A stretch of DNA of 64,000 nt from an uncultured Actinomycetes bacterium. Its GTDB lineage: Bacteria > Actinomycetota > Thermoleophilia > RBG-16-64-13. Both the position numbers and the translations under genes were made by a program. The stretch covers positions 32,001 through 96,000 of the forward strand of contig CAVPLM010000008.1 in assembly GCA_963706025.1 (NCBI GenBank). Direction: 5' to 3'. Of the stretch, positions 1-10,293 are shown piece after piece (positions within the stretch are counted from its first letter, which is position 1; every line of letters starts with the position of its first letter). Below the pieces are notes generated by a model, which saw nothing but the letters and a program-made list of their open reading frames with translations, had not been told where the DNA came from and did not search any database.

Positions 1-1214
1 TAGCTCGCGCGAGGACCAGTTCAACCACTACCACTACCCGGCCGACGGTTGCTCGAGGATCCACATGGTGTGGACCGACTCCCCGTCGTGGATCACCTGC
101 TGGAACGCTGGCAACGACTACGTCAGGGCCATGAAGGATCCCGACATCGAGTTCATGATGGCCCAGCATCCTGGTTGGAGAACGACTGCTCTCCTGGCCG
201 ACCTCATACTGCCGGTCAACACAAGCTGGAAGAGGAGGACATCGGTGCCGAGCACGGCAGCGGCGAGTTCCAGGTACTCCTTCGTGAGCGGAAGTGCATC
301 GAATCCCTGGGCGAGTCGATGAGCGACTACGAGATCGTCTGCAAGATCGCCGAGCGCCTGGGCCTGCTCGAGGAGTACACGGATGGCCGCTCGGTCGAAG
401 ACATCATCAGGATACGGGTATGAGGTCTCTCGCTGTGCCGACCTCGTGAGCTGGGAAGAGTTCAACGAGAAGGACTACTTCGTCGTGCCGCCCGCTCCAG
501 ACTGGGAGAATGTGCCAGCCGGCCTGATCGAGCTTCTACGAGGATCCAAAGAAGAACCACCTCTCTACCCCGACCGGTCTGCTCGAGTACTTCTCCACCG
601 GCCTCGCCGAGCACTTCCCCGACGATCTAGAGCGGCCGCCCGTAGCCAAGTGGGTCCCGAAGGCATCTACCACGAGGAGACCATCGGGACCGAGCGTTCC
701 AAGAAATATCCCTTGCTCGTCATGTCGAAACCACCCACGCTGGGGCGTGCACTCCGAGCCTGAAGACATGACCTGGCTCCGGGAGATCGAGACCTGCAAA
801 GTCAAGGGCCCTGACGGATATCAGTACCACCGCTGTGGATCAACCCAGTGGACGCCGCGGCTCGAGGAATCAAACACGGCGATGTGGTCTCGATCATCAA
901 CGATCGCGGGACCGTACTGGCCGGCGCATACGCTGACCGAGCGGATAGTGCCGGGAGCTGTCGGCATCGACCACGGGGCCAAGTGGAGACCCCATCGTCC
1001 CGGGCGAGATCGACCGGGGCAGGGCCATCAACACCATCGTGCCGCGCAACACGACGTCGAAGAACGCGCCGGGGCACGCCGTCAGCGGCTTCCTGGCCGA
1101 AGTGGAGAAGACCGAGCTAGGAGGACCTCGAAACGCAGGTACCCCGACGCCTTCGAGCGCCCGTTCCATCCCTGCGCCGGACCGGGTCTAGAGGCGTGCA
1201 TCGACAGGGGGTGA
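1..1214 (+). pseudogene. Molybdopterin oxidoreductase (DMSO reductase / pyrogallol transhydroxylase large subunit-like), C-terminal part, multiply frameshifted
   Basis: Fragments across frames: [57 protein letters not shown] (molydopterin-binding domain). Frameshifts may be sequencing errors; 5' part lies outside the window. Confidence 0.8.
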
Positions 1215-1520
1215 ATGATGGGCAAGGTCATGATCATCGATCTGGCCATCTGTAATGGCTGTCAGAACTGCCAGATCTCCTGCAAGGACGAGCACGTGGC
1301 GAACGACTGGTCGCCTATCGCCAAGCCCCAGCCGGACACCGGGCAGTTCTGGAACAGGTCATCAGTATGGAGCGGGGCACGGTACCCAGGTGCAGGCCAC
1401 CTATCACCACTCCATCTGCCAGCACTGTGAGGACGCACCCTGCATGGAGGCCTGCCCACAGAACGCCGTCTACCGTCGGGACGACGGCATCGTCATCATC
1501 GATCGAGACAGGTGCCGCGT
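1215..1520 (+). pseudogene. 4Fe-4S dicluster subunit (DmsB-like), frameshifted and truncated
   Basis: [11 protein letters not shown] and [14 protein letters not shown] motifs; the sequence breaks after IIDRDRC where the convergent CocE gene ends. Confidence 0.8.
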
Positions 1521-3229
1521 GTCACCGGCAGGATGAGGTGCGACGGACGCTCCTTGTCGAAGTGGATGGTGTCGCTGCCGACCTTGAGGCCGTAGTAGTG
1601 GCCGCCGAAGTCGAGGGCGTTCGAGTCGCCGTTGGCCAGGTCGAGCCGCAAGCGGTGCCCCTTGAGGAAGCGGTTGGCCGTGCCCCAGATCTCGATCTCG
1701 TACTTGTAGATCTTGCCCGGTTCTATGGGTTGGGGCTTGTCGTGATGGTAGTAGGGACGATAGGGTTTGCTGCACCCCTCGCATTTGGTCACGGCATGCG
1801 ACGCCTTGAGCCAGCCCCGGGTCAGGATGCGGCCGGCCGGCGGCATGCCCGGCGCCTGCATCTCGTCCGGGAACTGGTCCCAGATGCGGACCAGGAACTC
1901 GGTGTCGGGCTGGTCGGACGAGGCGTAGAGAACCAGCACCGTGTTCCCGATGACCTCCGTATCCTCTTCCATGGGAGGCGTGGTGAAGGTGAGGATCTTC
2001 TTGCAGGGGTTAAGAATGCCTTTTTCCATCACCGCCGTACCCACTCCCGAGAACCCGGTCCAGTCCGGATCGGGATAGGAGTACGTGACGGAATCCTCGG
2101 CGGCTGCGGGTTCCTCCCAGCTGAGGCCTCCGTCGTTGAGAGAGACAACAGCACCAGATTTCGCCCCGGAAAGGTACAACTTGGTGTACTCGGTACGGGC
2201 GAGCGGCCACTCGTTCTCGCGCCGGTAGCGTTCCAGCCCGCGGACGAAGATGTTGGCGGCCGGCTCGTCCATGATGCCGGTATCGTTGCCCTTGAGCCAG
2301 TGGTCGTACCAGCGCAGGAGCCAGTTCCGCACCTCGATGGACTCGAAGATGGCCACCTCGTCGCCCTCGAAGTCTCCGTGGCAGAGCATGAGCTTCTTGG
2401 GGGTGCGGACTTCTTCGTAGCCGCGCAGGTTGCCGCGCAGGTGGATACCGACCTTGTGCAGGATGCCGATGCTGAACACCGGGCAGGCGATCTTGTGGAA
2501 GTCGGGGTTGCGTTCCCTCCAGAAGTCGTCGCAGGTCTGATGGTTGATGACGTTCCAGCCCAGGTCCCAGTCCCCCTGGGTGGGATCCTCACCCACGCGC
2601 CCCACCCGGTAGTGGCCCCGGAGCTCGGTGATATGCCACCCCGCCGGGAAACCGGCGGCCATGATCCCGCCGTGGTACGCCACATCGCGGTACATGTCGG
2701 CCCCACCGTCGAAGGGCACGATGCAGGCCAGGTGCGGCGGCGCCTGGGCCGCCGCCATCCACTGGGTCCAGGCGTAGTAGGATTCGCCGATCATCCCCAC
2801 TTTGCCGGTGCACCAGGGTTGGGCGGCGATCCACTCGATGACGTCGTAGTGGTCGTGCTGCTCCTCCAAACTGTGCCAGCGCCACTGGCCTTCCACCGAT
2901 TTGCCGCTGCCGCGGATGTCGTGGTTGATGTAGCAGTAGCCGCGCTCCACGAACCACTCGATCTTGTTGGTCTCACGCATGTGGAACGTGGGCACGGCCG
3001 GCAGCCAGTACAGGTCCTTCTGATAGGGAGAGGACGCGTAGAGAGCCGGGAACTCGCCCGGGGCGTCCGGCCGGTAGACGTCCACCGCCACCCTCACCCC
3101 GTCGCGCATCTCGATGAAGACGTCCTTCTCCACTTTGACCTTGTACTCGGGCTTGCTCAGCTTGTCGACGGGAAAGCCCTCAGGGACCATCGAGGCCATC
3201 ACCTCGGGGATGAGGATCTCGGTGAACAT
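1496..3229 (-). CDS. CocE/NonD family hydrolase
   Basis: 577 aa; [32 protein letters not shown] nucleophile motif, WYDHWLKG, C-terminal PepX_C-like domain. Confidence 0.92.
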   Translation of the reverse strand: MFTEILIPEVMASMVPEGFPVDKLSKPEYKVKVEKDVFIEMRDGVRVAVDVYRPDAPGEFPALYASSPYQKDLYWLPAVPTFHMRETNKIEWFVERGYCYINHDIRGSGKSVEGQWRWHSLEEQHDHYDVIEWIAAQPWCTGKVGMIGESYYAWTQWMAAAQAPPHLACIVPFDGGADMYRDVAYHGGIMAAGFPAGWHITELRGHYRVGRVGEDPTQGDWDLGWNVINHQTCDDFWRERNPDFHKIACPVFSIGILHKVGIHLRGNLRGYEEVRTPKKLMLCHGDFEGDEVAIFESIEVRNWLLRWYDHWLKGNDTGIMDEPAANIFVRGLERYRRENEWPLARTEYTKLYLSGAKSGAVVSLNDGGLSWEEPAAAEDSVTYSYPDPDWTGFSGVGTAVMEKGILNPCKKILTFTTPPMEEDTEVIGNTVLVLYASSDQPDTEFLVRIWDQFPDEMQAPGMPPAGRILTRGWLKASHAVTKCEGCSKPYRPYYHHDKPQPIEPGKIYKYEIEIWGTANRFLKGHRLRLDLANGDSNALDFGGHYYGLKVGSDTIHFDKERPSHLILPVTRGTCLDR

Positions 3230-3488
3230 GCGTCGCCTCCTCGTGTGGTGGGCGTTACCCTCCCGGCGCGGCGCCTGGGCGCCGAACCGCGGTCTCGCGA
3301 CGGCGCTCCGGCCGGAACAGAGCCGAAGCGGGCCCGAGTGAGTGGCCGCCCGCTGATCGTTACCTGCCTAGGTGACCACTCACTACCGCGGTCTGTCAAG
3401 CCCCTGGGGGCGTCCCTCCATCCTCCTCCGCTCGCTTACGCGGGTACGCGAAGGCTCGCTCCGGAGGACGGAGGGACGCTGCAAGCGG

Positions 3489-3791
3489 ATGGGGAATGGG
3501 GGGCGCGTTTTCCTGTCCGACCTGCTCGCTATGCTTTTCCGGACCGCAATCCCTGGAGACCGGAGGGGCCTGATGCTGGTACCTGCCATCGTCGCCGTGG
3601 TGATCCTCATGGCGCCCATTGCCTACGTGATCTTTCGGAAGTTCTCCTTCACCCGCCAGGAGATAGAGTTCGGGACTCCGCAGAACGGGGTGGCCGCGAT
3701 CTGCCTGCACATCCAGGAAGATTCGGTCCGCAGTCTCCGCATCGTCTACCAGGACGGGACGGTCAGTGAAGTGCGCCAGATACGCGCCTAA
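3489..3791 (+). CDS. Small hypothetical membrane protein
   Basis: ORF with one hydrophobic helix; start uncertain. Confidence 0.45.
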   Translation: MGNGGRVFLSDLLAMLFRTAIPGDRRGLMLVPAIVAVVILMAPIAYVIFRKFSFTRQEIEFGTPQNGVAAICLHIQEDSVRSLRIVYQDGTVSEVRQIRA

Positions 3792-3891
3792 TACCGGCCG
3801 GCGTCGAACCCCGGCCGGCGTAGCCCGCGCCGCCCCTTGCTCAGCCCGCGCCGCAGGCGGCGTCCGTTGCGCCGCTGCAAAGGGCCAGCCG

Positions 3892-4356
3892 CTACGAAGC
3901 GACGCTGGCCGTCGTAAGCGCCGCCGTCAGTTCGGCAAGAACCGCCTCACTGTAGGCGCCGCGACCCTGCCAACGGACGCTTCCGGTCTGGTCGAGCAGG
4001 AACAGGTAGATGTGGTCGAGATCAGGGAGGTCGAGGGCGCGCTGCAGACCGCGAAGGTCCACGTACGCGGTCAGCGTGTGGCGCCGGACCTTCGGGTCGG
4101 GGATACCCCTGCGCATGCCGCCGTCGATCGCGCCTCGCCAGATACGGTAGCTCCGGGAGAGAGCAGGCACCTCCCATGCCTCCAAACCCGGGAAATCCCC
4201 CTCCAAGCGGGCGAGATGAGGCAGCCAGGTCTCGATGGGGTACTGGTGGTCTCGCCGGAAGGCCAGAACGACGAGGTTGATACTGCCGGTCAGGCCGGCG
4301 GGTATCTCGACCGTTCGACCCTCGAGATCTCGTGCACTCAATCGGGGAAACTGCAT
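3892..4356 (-). CDS. ATP10-like thioredoxin-fold protein
   Basis: MQFPRLSARDLEG..., IDGGMRRGIP, YLFLLDQTGSVRWQGRG; GGAGG RBS. Confidence 0.7.
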   Translation of the reverse strand: MQFPRLSARDLEGRTVEIPAGLTGSINLVVLAFRRDHQYPIETWLPHLARLEGDFPGLEAWEVPALSRSYRIWRGAIDGGMRRGIPDPKVRRHTLTAYVDLRGLQRALDLPDLDHIYLFLLDQTGSVRWQGRGAYSEAVLAELTAALTTASVAS

Positions 4357-4508
4357 CAGCGCACCTCCGTCGCGCGCAGAGTATCGGTGCTCTAGTACCA
4401 CCGACGGAGGAAAAGGGCAAGCCCCGCGCAGCCCGGCGGCCGGGACACGCTCCAATCCCGAGCGGTATGATGGAATGGATCCTAACAAAGAGCAGGACGG
4501 GAGGCTCC

Positions 4509-4802
4509 ATGACCAAGAGAAGTTGGGCCGATCTGTCGACCGGCCAAAAGATGGCGGTGATCGTCTTGGGGACGATCCAAGTGGGCCTGCTCGTGGCGGC
4601 CCTGTGGGACCTTGCCCACCGGACCCCGGATGAAGTGCGGGGCGACCGGCGCATGTGGGCCGGGATCGTGTTCATCAACTGGTTCGGGCCCCTGGCGTAC
4701 TTCACGATCGGGCGTAGGGAAAGCCTCTGCTGCCCGTCGTGCTGCAAGCCCAGTTCCGCCTCAGATCCGTCTGAGATCGAGTCGGAACCGTTCTCGTTTT
4801 GA
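4509..4802 (+). CDS. PLDc_N-domain small membrane protein
   Basis: ALWDL...VRGDRRMWAGIVFINWFGPLAYFTIGR; GGGAGG RBS. Confidence 0.8.
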   Translation: MTKRSWADLSTGQKMAVIVLGTIQVGLLVAALWDLAHRTPDEVRGDRRMWAGIVFINWFGPLAYFTIGRRESLCCPSCCKPSSASDPSEIESEPFSF

Positions 4803-5263
4803 CCGAGCCCTTCCTACCCGACGACTACCTCTACATGGCCCTGGCTATGGAGGAGGCACGGCGCGCAGGCGCCGAAGGTGAGGTGCCGGTGGGCGCAGCC
4901 CTCGTCGTAGACGGCGAGGTGCTGGCTGCCCGGGGCAACGAGCGCGAGCGTCGCAAAGACCCCACCGCCCACGCCGAGATGCTGGTGATACGCGATGCGG
5001 CAGCCATATCCGGGGGTTGGAGGCTGGAGGAAGCCACTCTCTACGTGACGCTGGAGCCCTGCGCCATGTGCGCAGGCGCGATCATCCTGGCGCGCATCAA
5101 GAGGCTGGTCTACGGGGCCGACGACCCCAAAGCGGGAGCCGCCGGCACCATCTTGAACGTGGTGGACCACCCAGCCCTGAATCACCATCCCCAGGTGAGA
5201 GCCGGGGTCATGGCTGTGGACGCCTCCAGGCTCCTGCGGGAGTTCTTCGAAAGCCGCCGCTAG
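4799..5263 (+). CDS. tadA: tRNA adenosine(34) deaminase
   Basis: EVPVGA, DPTAHAE, LYVTLEPCAMCAGA, DPKAGAAG motifs. Confidence 0.95.
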   Translation: MTEPFLPDDYLYMALAMEEARRAGAEGEVPVGAALVVDGEVLAARGNERERRKDPTAHAEMLVIRDAAAISGGWRLEEATLYVTLEPCAMCAGAIILARIKRLVYGADDPKAGAAGTILNVVDHPALNHHPQVRAGVMAVDASRLLREFFESRR

Positions 5264-5316
5264 CCCCGGCGCGGCGCCGGCCGCTCGGGGCCGTACAGGG
5301 CTACAATCACACTCCA

Positions 5317-6378
5317 ATGGATGACCCGGCAAACACCCCGGCGCGAGGCAGCGGCCAAGAAACCCCTCTCGGGAAGAATGGGGTGCCCGGCGCGCACGTC
5401 GATGCCGCTTCTCATCAGCACGGTCTGACGCGCAGCCCGGCTCTGGGAGCGGCCCCGGACAAGCGGCTGATACTCGCCCTCGGTCTCAACCTGGTCATCA
5501 CGCTGCTGCAGATCGCCGGTGGGATCGTCGCCAACAGCCTGGGTCTGCTTTCCGACGCCGCTCACAACCTGAGCGACGTGGTCGCCCTGGGCTTGAGTCT
5601 CTGGGCGGTCCGCCTCGGCCGGCGGCCCGCCACCCCCCGCCGCACCTTCGCCTACAAACGGGCCGAGATCCTGGTGGCCATGTTCAACTCGGCGGTGCTC
5701 ATCGCCATCTCGGTGTACATCATCGTCGAGGCGGTCCGCCGCCTGCTCGATCCGCAACCCGTCGAGGGTCTAGTGGTCGTCGTCTTCGCGGCCGCCGGCT
5801 TGGTGATCAACGGACTGGCCGCGTTCCTGCTCCGCGCGCACCACCACGATCTCAACCTGCGCAGCGCGTTCCTTCATCTGATCGGGGATGCCGCCACGAG
5901 TTTCGGGGTGATGCTGAGCGGCCTGATCATCTACTTCGCCGACTGGTACTACGCCGACGCCATCGTGTCCATCCTGGTCTCGCTCTGGATCGGCCGCGAG
6001 GCCTTCACCATCGTGAGAAGCACCGTGAACGTGCTCATGGAGGGAACGCCAGAGGGACTGGAGCTCGCCGAGGTGGAGCACGCGATGCTGGCCGTGCCCG
6101 GGGTGAGGGGGATCCACGACCTCCACATCTGGTCCATCTCCTCGAGCGACCAGGCTCTTTCGGCACACGTCGAGGCCGAGGACACCGCCCTATCCGAGAC
6201 CGGAGCTCTGCTCACGGCCGTCAAGGATATGCTTGCGCGAGACTTCGCCGTGGGACACGTGACCCTCGAGTTGGAGACAGTGGGGGGCGAGTGCGCCGGA
6301 AGCAGCTGCGACATCCCCCCGGAGAACCTGGCTGAGCGACCAGCGGCATCTGGGGCACCAGCACTGACCAGGACGTAG
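5317..6378 (+). CDS. Cation diffusion facilitator (CzcD/ZitB-like)
   Basis: SLGLLSDAAHNLSD, NLRSAFLHLIGD, IHDLHIW motifs; six TM segments. Confidence 0.92.
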   Translation: MDDPANTPARGSGQETPLGKNGVPGAHVDAASHQHGLTRSPALGAAPDKRLILALGLNLVITLLQIAGGIVANSLGLLSDAAHNLSDVVALGLSLWAVRLGRRPATPRRTFAYKRAEILVAMFNSAVLIAISVYIIVEAVRRLLDPQPVEGLVVVVFAAAGLVINGLAAFLLRAHHHDLNLRSAFLHLIGDAATSFGVMLSGLIIYFADWYYADAIVSILVSLWIGREAFTIVRSTVNVLMEGTPEGLELAEVEHAMLAVPGVRGIHDLHIWSISSSDQALSAHVEAEDTALSETGALLTAVKDMLARDFAVGHVTLELETVGGECAGSSCDIPPENLAERPAASGAPALTRT

Positions 6379-6426
6379 AATACCGGTAAGGGGTATTCGC
6401 GCACCGGGATCAAGGAGGTTGTAGTA

Positions 6427-6819
6427 GTGGACAAGCTGATCCGTTCAGAAGATGAATGGCGGCGCATCCTGCCGCCCGAGCGCTACAAGGTGCTGCGGAA
6501 GAAGGGCACCGAGCCCGCGTTCGCGAACGAGTACGACGACCATTGGGAACCCGGCACTTATCTCTGCTACGCGTGCGATCTCCCGCTTTTCAGCTCGGAG
6601 GACAAGTTCCACTCCGGTTCCGGGTGGCCCAGCTTCTGGCAGCCCCTCACCGCCGACGCCGTCGAGGAGCGCACCGACCGTTCCTTATGGATGACACGGA
6701 CCGAGGTCGTTTGCGGCCGCTGCGACAGCCACCTGGGACACGTGTTCGACGACGGTCCCCCGCCCACGGGCCTGCGGTACTGCATGAACTCCGCATCGCT
6801 GAAGTTCGAACCCAAATAG
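6427..6819 (+). CDS. msrB: Peptide-methionine (R)-S-oxide reductase
   Basis: [35 protein letters not shown]. Confidence 0.97.
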   Translation: MDKLIRSEDEWRRILPPERYKVLRKKGTEPAFANEYDDHWEPGTYLCYACDLPLFSSEDKFHSGSGWPSFWQPLTADAVEERTDRSLWMTRTEVVCGRCDSHLGHVFDDGPPPTGLRYCMNSASLKFEPK

Positions 6820-6860
6820 CGGCCACCGGCGGGTGCCGGCAGATGCCGGCGAGAGTCAGG

Positions 6861-7061
6861 TCAAGTCAGTTCGAACTCCATGTGCTTCAGCTCGGCCGTG
6901 GGCAGGCGCTGGCTCACACGGAGCATCTCTAGACCGATCACCTCGCCCCGCTCGTCGAGGTCGAGCACCACTCCCGGGCGGATCTCCTCGGATTCGAACA
7001 CCGGAGACTTATCGAGACGAATATGAAGCGCGTCGGCCTCTTGGTCGAAGCGTACTCTCAT
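6861..7061 (-). CDS. DUF2283 domain protein
   Basis: RFDQEADALHIRL...ESEEIRPGVVLDLDERGEVIGLEML. Confidence 0.85.
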   Translation of the reverse strand: MRVRFDQEADALHIRLDKSPVFESEEIRPGVVLDLDERGEVIGLEMLRVSQRLPTAELKHMEFELT

Positions 7062-7108
7062 AGCTTCCCTTTCATGGACCGATGGATTCAGATTCGAGAG
7101 GTTTCATC

Positions 7109-8287
7109 TTACGCTTCCGACTGCTCAGGCGCGGGATCTGCCCCCAGCATGCGCAGGATGCGCTCGCGATCGCCGTCCAATTCCGGGGCCGGGGGGCGAG
7201 AAGACGGATCGGGAAAAGCCGAGAGCTTGATGGGATTACCCGCAAGAGCCACAGGCCCTGCGACCGGATCATTCGTCGACACGACCATGTTCCGGTAGAC
7301 GACCTGCGGGTCGGCGAGCACTTTGTCGATGCTGTTGATCGGGCCAGAAGGCACCCCCGCGTGTTCGAAAGCGCGCAGCCAGTGCCCGATGGGACGGAGG
7401 CGAAGGACCGACTCCAATTCGTCTTTGAGAGCCGCGTGGTGCAGGGTGCGGAGGTCATTCGTTCTGAACAGCGGATTCTCCGCGAGATCCGCTCGGTCCA
7501 GCGCAGCGCACAGCCGCTGGAAGAGGAGATCGTTGCCGGCCGCGATCACCAGATGGCCATCCGCGGCCCCGAAGACGTCGAACGGGGTGATCGACGGATG
7601 GCGGGCCCCCAGAGGCCCGGGGACCGAACCGGTGGTCGTGTAGCGGGCGATGGCGTTCTCGAGGATCGCAACCTGCCCGTCGAGCATGGCGACATCGATC
7701 ATCATGCCGCTTCCGGTAAGGGCGCGGTGATACAGGGCGGCGCTGACGCCTACAGCAAGAAAGAGGGCCGCAGCGATATCACCCAGGGAAGTGCCCACCC
7801 GGGCCGGGGACTCATCGGGGTAGCCGGTCAGGCTCATCACTCCTCCCATGGCCTGCACGATGATGTCGTAGGCCGCTCGTGGCGAGTAGGGGCCCGTCTG
7901 GCCGAAACCGGAGACGGCTGCGTAGATCAGCCGGGGATGCCGCTTTTGGAGTGACCCCCAGCCAAAGCCAAGCCGGTCCATCGTCCCGGGGCGGAAGTTC
8001 TCCACCAGCACGTCCGCTTGGCCAAGGAGGGAGTGCAAGACCGACCGATCCTCCTCGGCCTTGAGGTCCAGCGCGATGCTTTCCTTGCCCCGATTGAGAG
8101 ACATGAAGTAGGCGGACTTCCCGCCGACGAACGGCCCGAAGTGACGGGAGTCGTCCCCGCCACCCGGTGCCTCCACCTTGATGACCCGGGCTCCCAAGTC
8201 GGCCAGCACGAGCGTGCAGAAGGGGCCGGCGAGAACCCGGGACAGGTCGACAACGGTGACGCCGGAGAGGGGGCCTTGTGTGGTCAT
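7109..8287 (-). CDS. CoA transferase family III (CaiB/BaiF)
   Basis: PLSGVTVVDLSRVLAGP, LADLGARVIKVE, NRGKESIALDLK, ENFRPG. Confidence 0.95.
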   Translation of the reverse strand: MTTQGPLSGVTVVDLSRVLAGPFCTLVLADLGARVIKVEAPGGGDDSRHFGPFVGGKSAYFMSLNRGKESIALDLKAEEDRSVLHSLLGQADVLVENFRPGTMDRLGFGWGSLQKRHPRLIYAAVSGFGQTGPYSPRAAYDIIVQAMGGVMSLTGYPDESPARVGTSLGDIAAALFLAVGVSAALYHRALTGSGMMIDVAMLDGQVAILENAIARYTTTGSVPGPLGARHPSITPFDVFGAADGHLVIAAGNDLLFQRLCAALDRADLAENPLFRTNDLRTLHHAALKDELESVLRLRPIGHWLRAFEHAGVPSGPINSIDKVLADPQVVYRNMVVSTNDPVAGPVALAGNPIKLSAFPDPSSRPPAPELDGDRERILRMLGADPAPEQSEA

Positions 8288-8392
8288 TGCGTCTACTCCT
8301 CGAGTCGGGTCGAAACCGGATAGCGTGAGCATAGCAACGTCAGCCCGCATCGGATGGCAATGATTGCGTTTCGGGTGATGGGGGGAGGCCCC

Positions 8393-8650
8393 ATGGCCAG
8401 CTTGACCATCCGCGGCCTCGACGAGGCTGTCAAAAGCAGATTGCGACTGGAGGCGGCTCGGCAGGGATACTCGATGGAGGAGGCCGCCCGCCAGATCCTT
8501 CGCCGCGCCCTCATGAGCCCGGAGTTCGACGCCGGTGGCCTGGGCAGTCGCGTGCATGGGTACTTCGTCGAAGCCGACTCCTTCGATCTCGAGATACCGG
8601 CTCGTTCCGCGCCCCGATCGGCCCCCGACCTCTCGGATCGCCGGCCATGA
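8393..8650 (+). CDS. FitA-like RHH antitoxin
   Basis: MASLTIRGLDEAVKSRLRLEAARQGYSMEEAARQIL; overlaps the PIN gene by ATGA. Confidence 0.9.
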   Translation: MASLTIRGLDEAVKSRLRLEAARQGYSMEEAARQILRRALMSPEFDAGGLGSRVHGYFVEADSFDLEIPARSAPRSAPDLSDRRP

Positions 8651-9066
8651 TTATGCTGGACACAAACGTGCTCTCCGAGCTCATGCGGCGAGAGCCGGAT
8701 CCGGCGGCGATGGCTTGGATCGACGCCCATCCCCCGCACCTTCTGCACATCTCAGCAGTTACACGTGCCGAGATCGAGCTGGGTATCGCCCTTCTGCCCG
8801 AAGGCCGGCGCAAGCAGGGTCTGCAGGCGGCGGCGATACGAATGTTCGCGGAGTTCCATACCCGCTGCCTGGCCTTCGACGAGCGGGCCGCTTCGCATTA
8901 CGCGGAGCTTGTGGCCGACCGCGTTCGGGCTGGGCGCCCCATCAGCATCGAGGATGCGCAAATCGCGGCTGTGGCCTTGGCGGGGGGACTTGTTTTGGCC
9001 ACGCGCAACGTCGGCGACTTTGCCGGTATCGACGGCCTGTCGCTGGTGAATCCGTTCAGGGCATAA
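8647..9066 (+). CDS. vapC: Type II TA VapC/FitB PIN-domain toxin
   Basis: MIMLDTNVLSE, DAQIAAVA, LATRNVGDF. Confidence 0.93.
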   Translation: MIMLDTNVLSELMRREPDPAAMAWIDAHPPHLLHISAVTRAEIELGIALLPEGRRKQGLQAAAIRMFAEFHTRCLAFDERAASHYAELVADRVRAGRPISIEDAQIAAVALAGGLVLATRNVGDFAGIDGLSLVNPFRA

Positions 9067-9132
9067 GGCATCCGCCGGGCAGCCGACCATGAGCGTCCGG
9101 TCGCTGTGGCCCGCCTTCTGACCGTCTCCTGA

Positions 9133-9161
9133 TTGTCCCTCCTTAAGCCCGTCGCTATACT
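9133..9161 (+). promoter_or_regulatory. Sigma70-type promoter of tRNA-Ser
   Basis: TTGTCC-N17-TATACT ending 36 nt upstream of the tRNA. Confidence 0.7.
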
Positions 9162-9197
9162 CGCTACTCGCGTTCGTATCTGAGGACGCGTGCCCGT

Positions 9198-9287
<90 letters not shown>

Positions 9288-9476
9288 TATAGTCTTCCGC
9301 AAGAAACCACGAAGTGGCTCCCACCAAGATCTGGGGGGATTCCGAACCCGCGAGGGCGCGAGCGTCAGCGAGACAGTCCCTTTGGACTGTCGAACAGCGA
9401 GCGGTCCGAGCCGAGCCGGACGGCGAGGCAAGGACGGCAGCTTGCGCAGCAAGATGCGCGAATCCCCCCCTCTCCG
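9288..9476 (+). mobile_element. ~190 bp tRNA-linked non-coding element, copy 1
   Basis: Ends with a duplicate of the tRNA 3' 18 nt (9459-9476); contains an inverted T-arm copy (9333-9349); near-identical to 43660-43847. Confidence 0.75.
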
Positions 9477-9481
9477 CTTAG

Positions 9482-9644
9482 GAACTCGTTTCAGAACGGG
9501 GTTACGCCGACTGGGGCGTGATGGGCCAGTGCGAGGCAAGGACTAGAGGGAGCAGGCGTAGCAGCGCTACGGATGCGACCGAGGACGACGCATCGTGCCG
9601 TCCAGCGAGACCTAGGCGGCCGCAACTTCGGTCTGAACGAGTTC
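9482..9644. mobile_element. MITE-like element with terminal inverted repeats
   Basis: GAACTCGTTTCAGA (9482-9495) ... TCTGAACGAGTTC (9632-9644); interrupts CTCCGCTTAG|AAAGCCAAG, which is contiguous at 22921. Confidence 0.65.
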
Positions 9645-9647
9645 ATG

Positions 9648-9739
9648 GAAAGCCAAGAACGGCACATCGGAGCCCGGCTGATGAGGCCCGACTCTCCCGT
9701 ATTTCGGCCGAGTTCGGTGGCAAGTCGGGGGCAAACTCG
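9648..9739 (+). repeat. Post-tRNA module (spacer, degenerate hairpin, GGGGGCAA direct repeats)
   Basis: GAAAGCCAAGAACGGCA...GGCCGAGTTCGGTGGCAAGTCGGGGGCAAACTCG, matching the copies at 15461, 22931 and 31165. Confidence 0.85.
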
Positions 9740-9906
9740 TCGAGACTCATGGTAGGCAAGGGACCGAGACGGACGAGATAGCCGGAGACAGTGCACGCTC
9801 TCTCCCCGGCAGACATACTGCCGAGTGAAGGCTTAGAATGAAAGGTGGAGTGCGTGGCCTGGGGAAGCATGAGATGACAAAGCCGGCTAGAGCAAGAGGA
9901 CCTTGA

Positions 9907-10119
9907 ATGAGTCGGTCGCGACGCGCCAAGGATGATCGGATCGGTGAGTGGGCCGATCGAGTATTGACAGGCGAGGAGCCAGAGTTCCCCGACACTGACA
10001 AACAGGGCTATATGCATCGGGGCAGCTTTCTCACTGGGATGTTCGTCGGGCCCTCAGTGTTCTTTGCCGACCTGCTCTTCGGCAGTTGGTGGAAGAGACG
10101 CAGGAAGGTTGACCTCTAG
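9907..10119 (+). CDS. Small hypothetical membrane protein
   Basis: 70 aa, AGAGGA RBS, C-terminal hydrophobic stretch and basic tail. Confidence 0.5.
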   Translation: MSRSRRAKDDRIGEWADRVLTGEEPEFPDTDKQGYMHRGSFLTGMFVGPSVFFADLLFGSWWKRRRKVDL

Positions 10120-10293
10120 GTCAGGGCATCGCCGCAGCCTTTCCACGCACAGACACACTCTCGCCCCTGCCGGACATATGATGGAGTGAGCTTGACGGGA
10201 AACACTCGGCACCGGTGAGAAGGGCCGCCAGTCATGTAACGCTAGAAGGTCACTGCCAGGGTGTTACTAGTGGACCCTTGCGAGCGAGGGGGC

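Noticed and set aside
1-1500. Programmed frameshifting or true pseudogenisation of the molybdoenzyme
   Set aside because: Many scattered single-base indels look like low-coverage long-read errors; this cannot be decided from the sequence alone.
1367-3769. 800-aa + strand ORF and similar long shadow ORFs (e.g. 7082-7954, 20322-21278)
   Set aside because: Antisense shadows of well-supported genes, typical of high-GC DNA.
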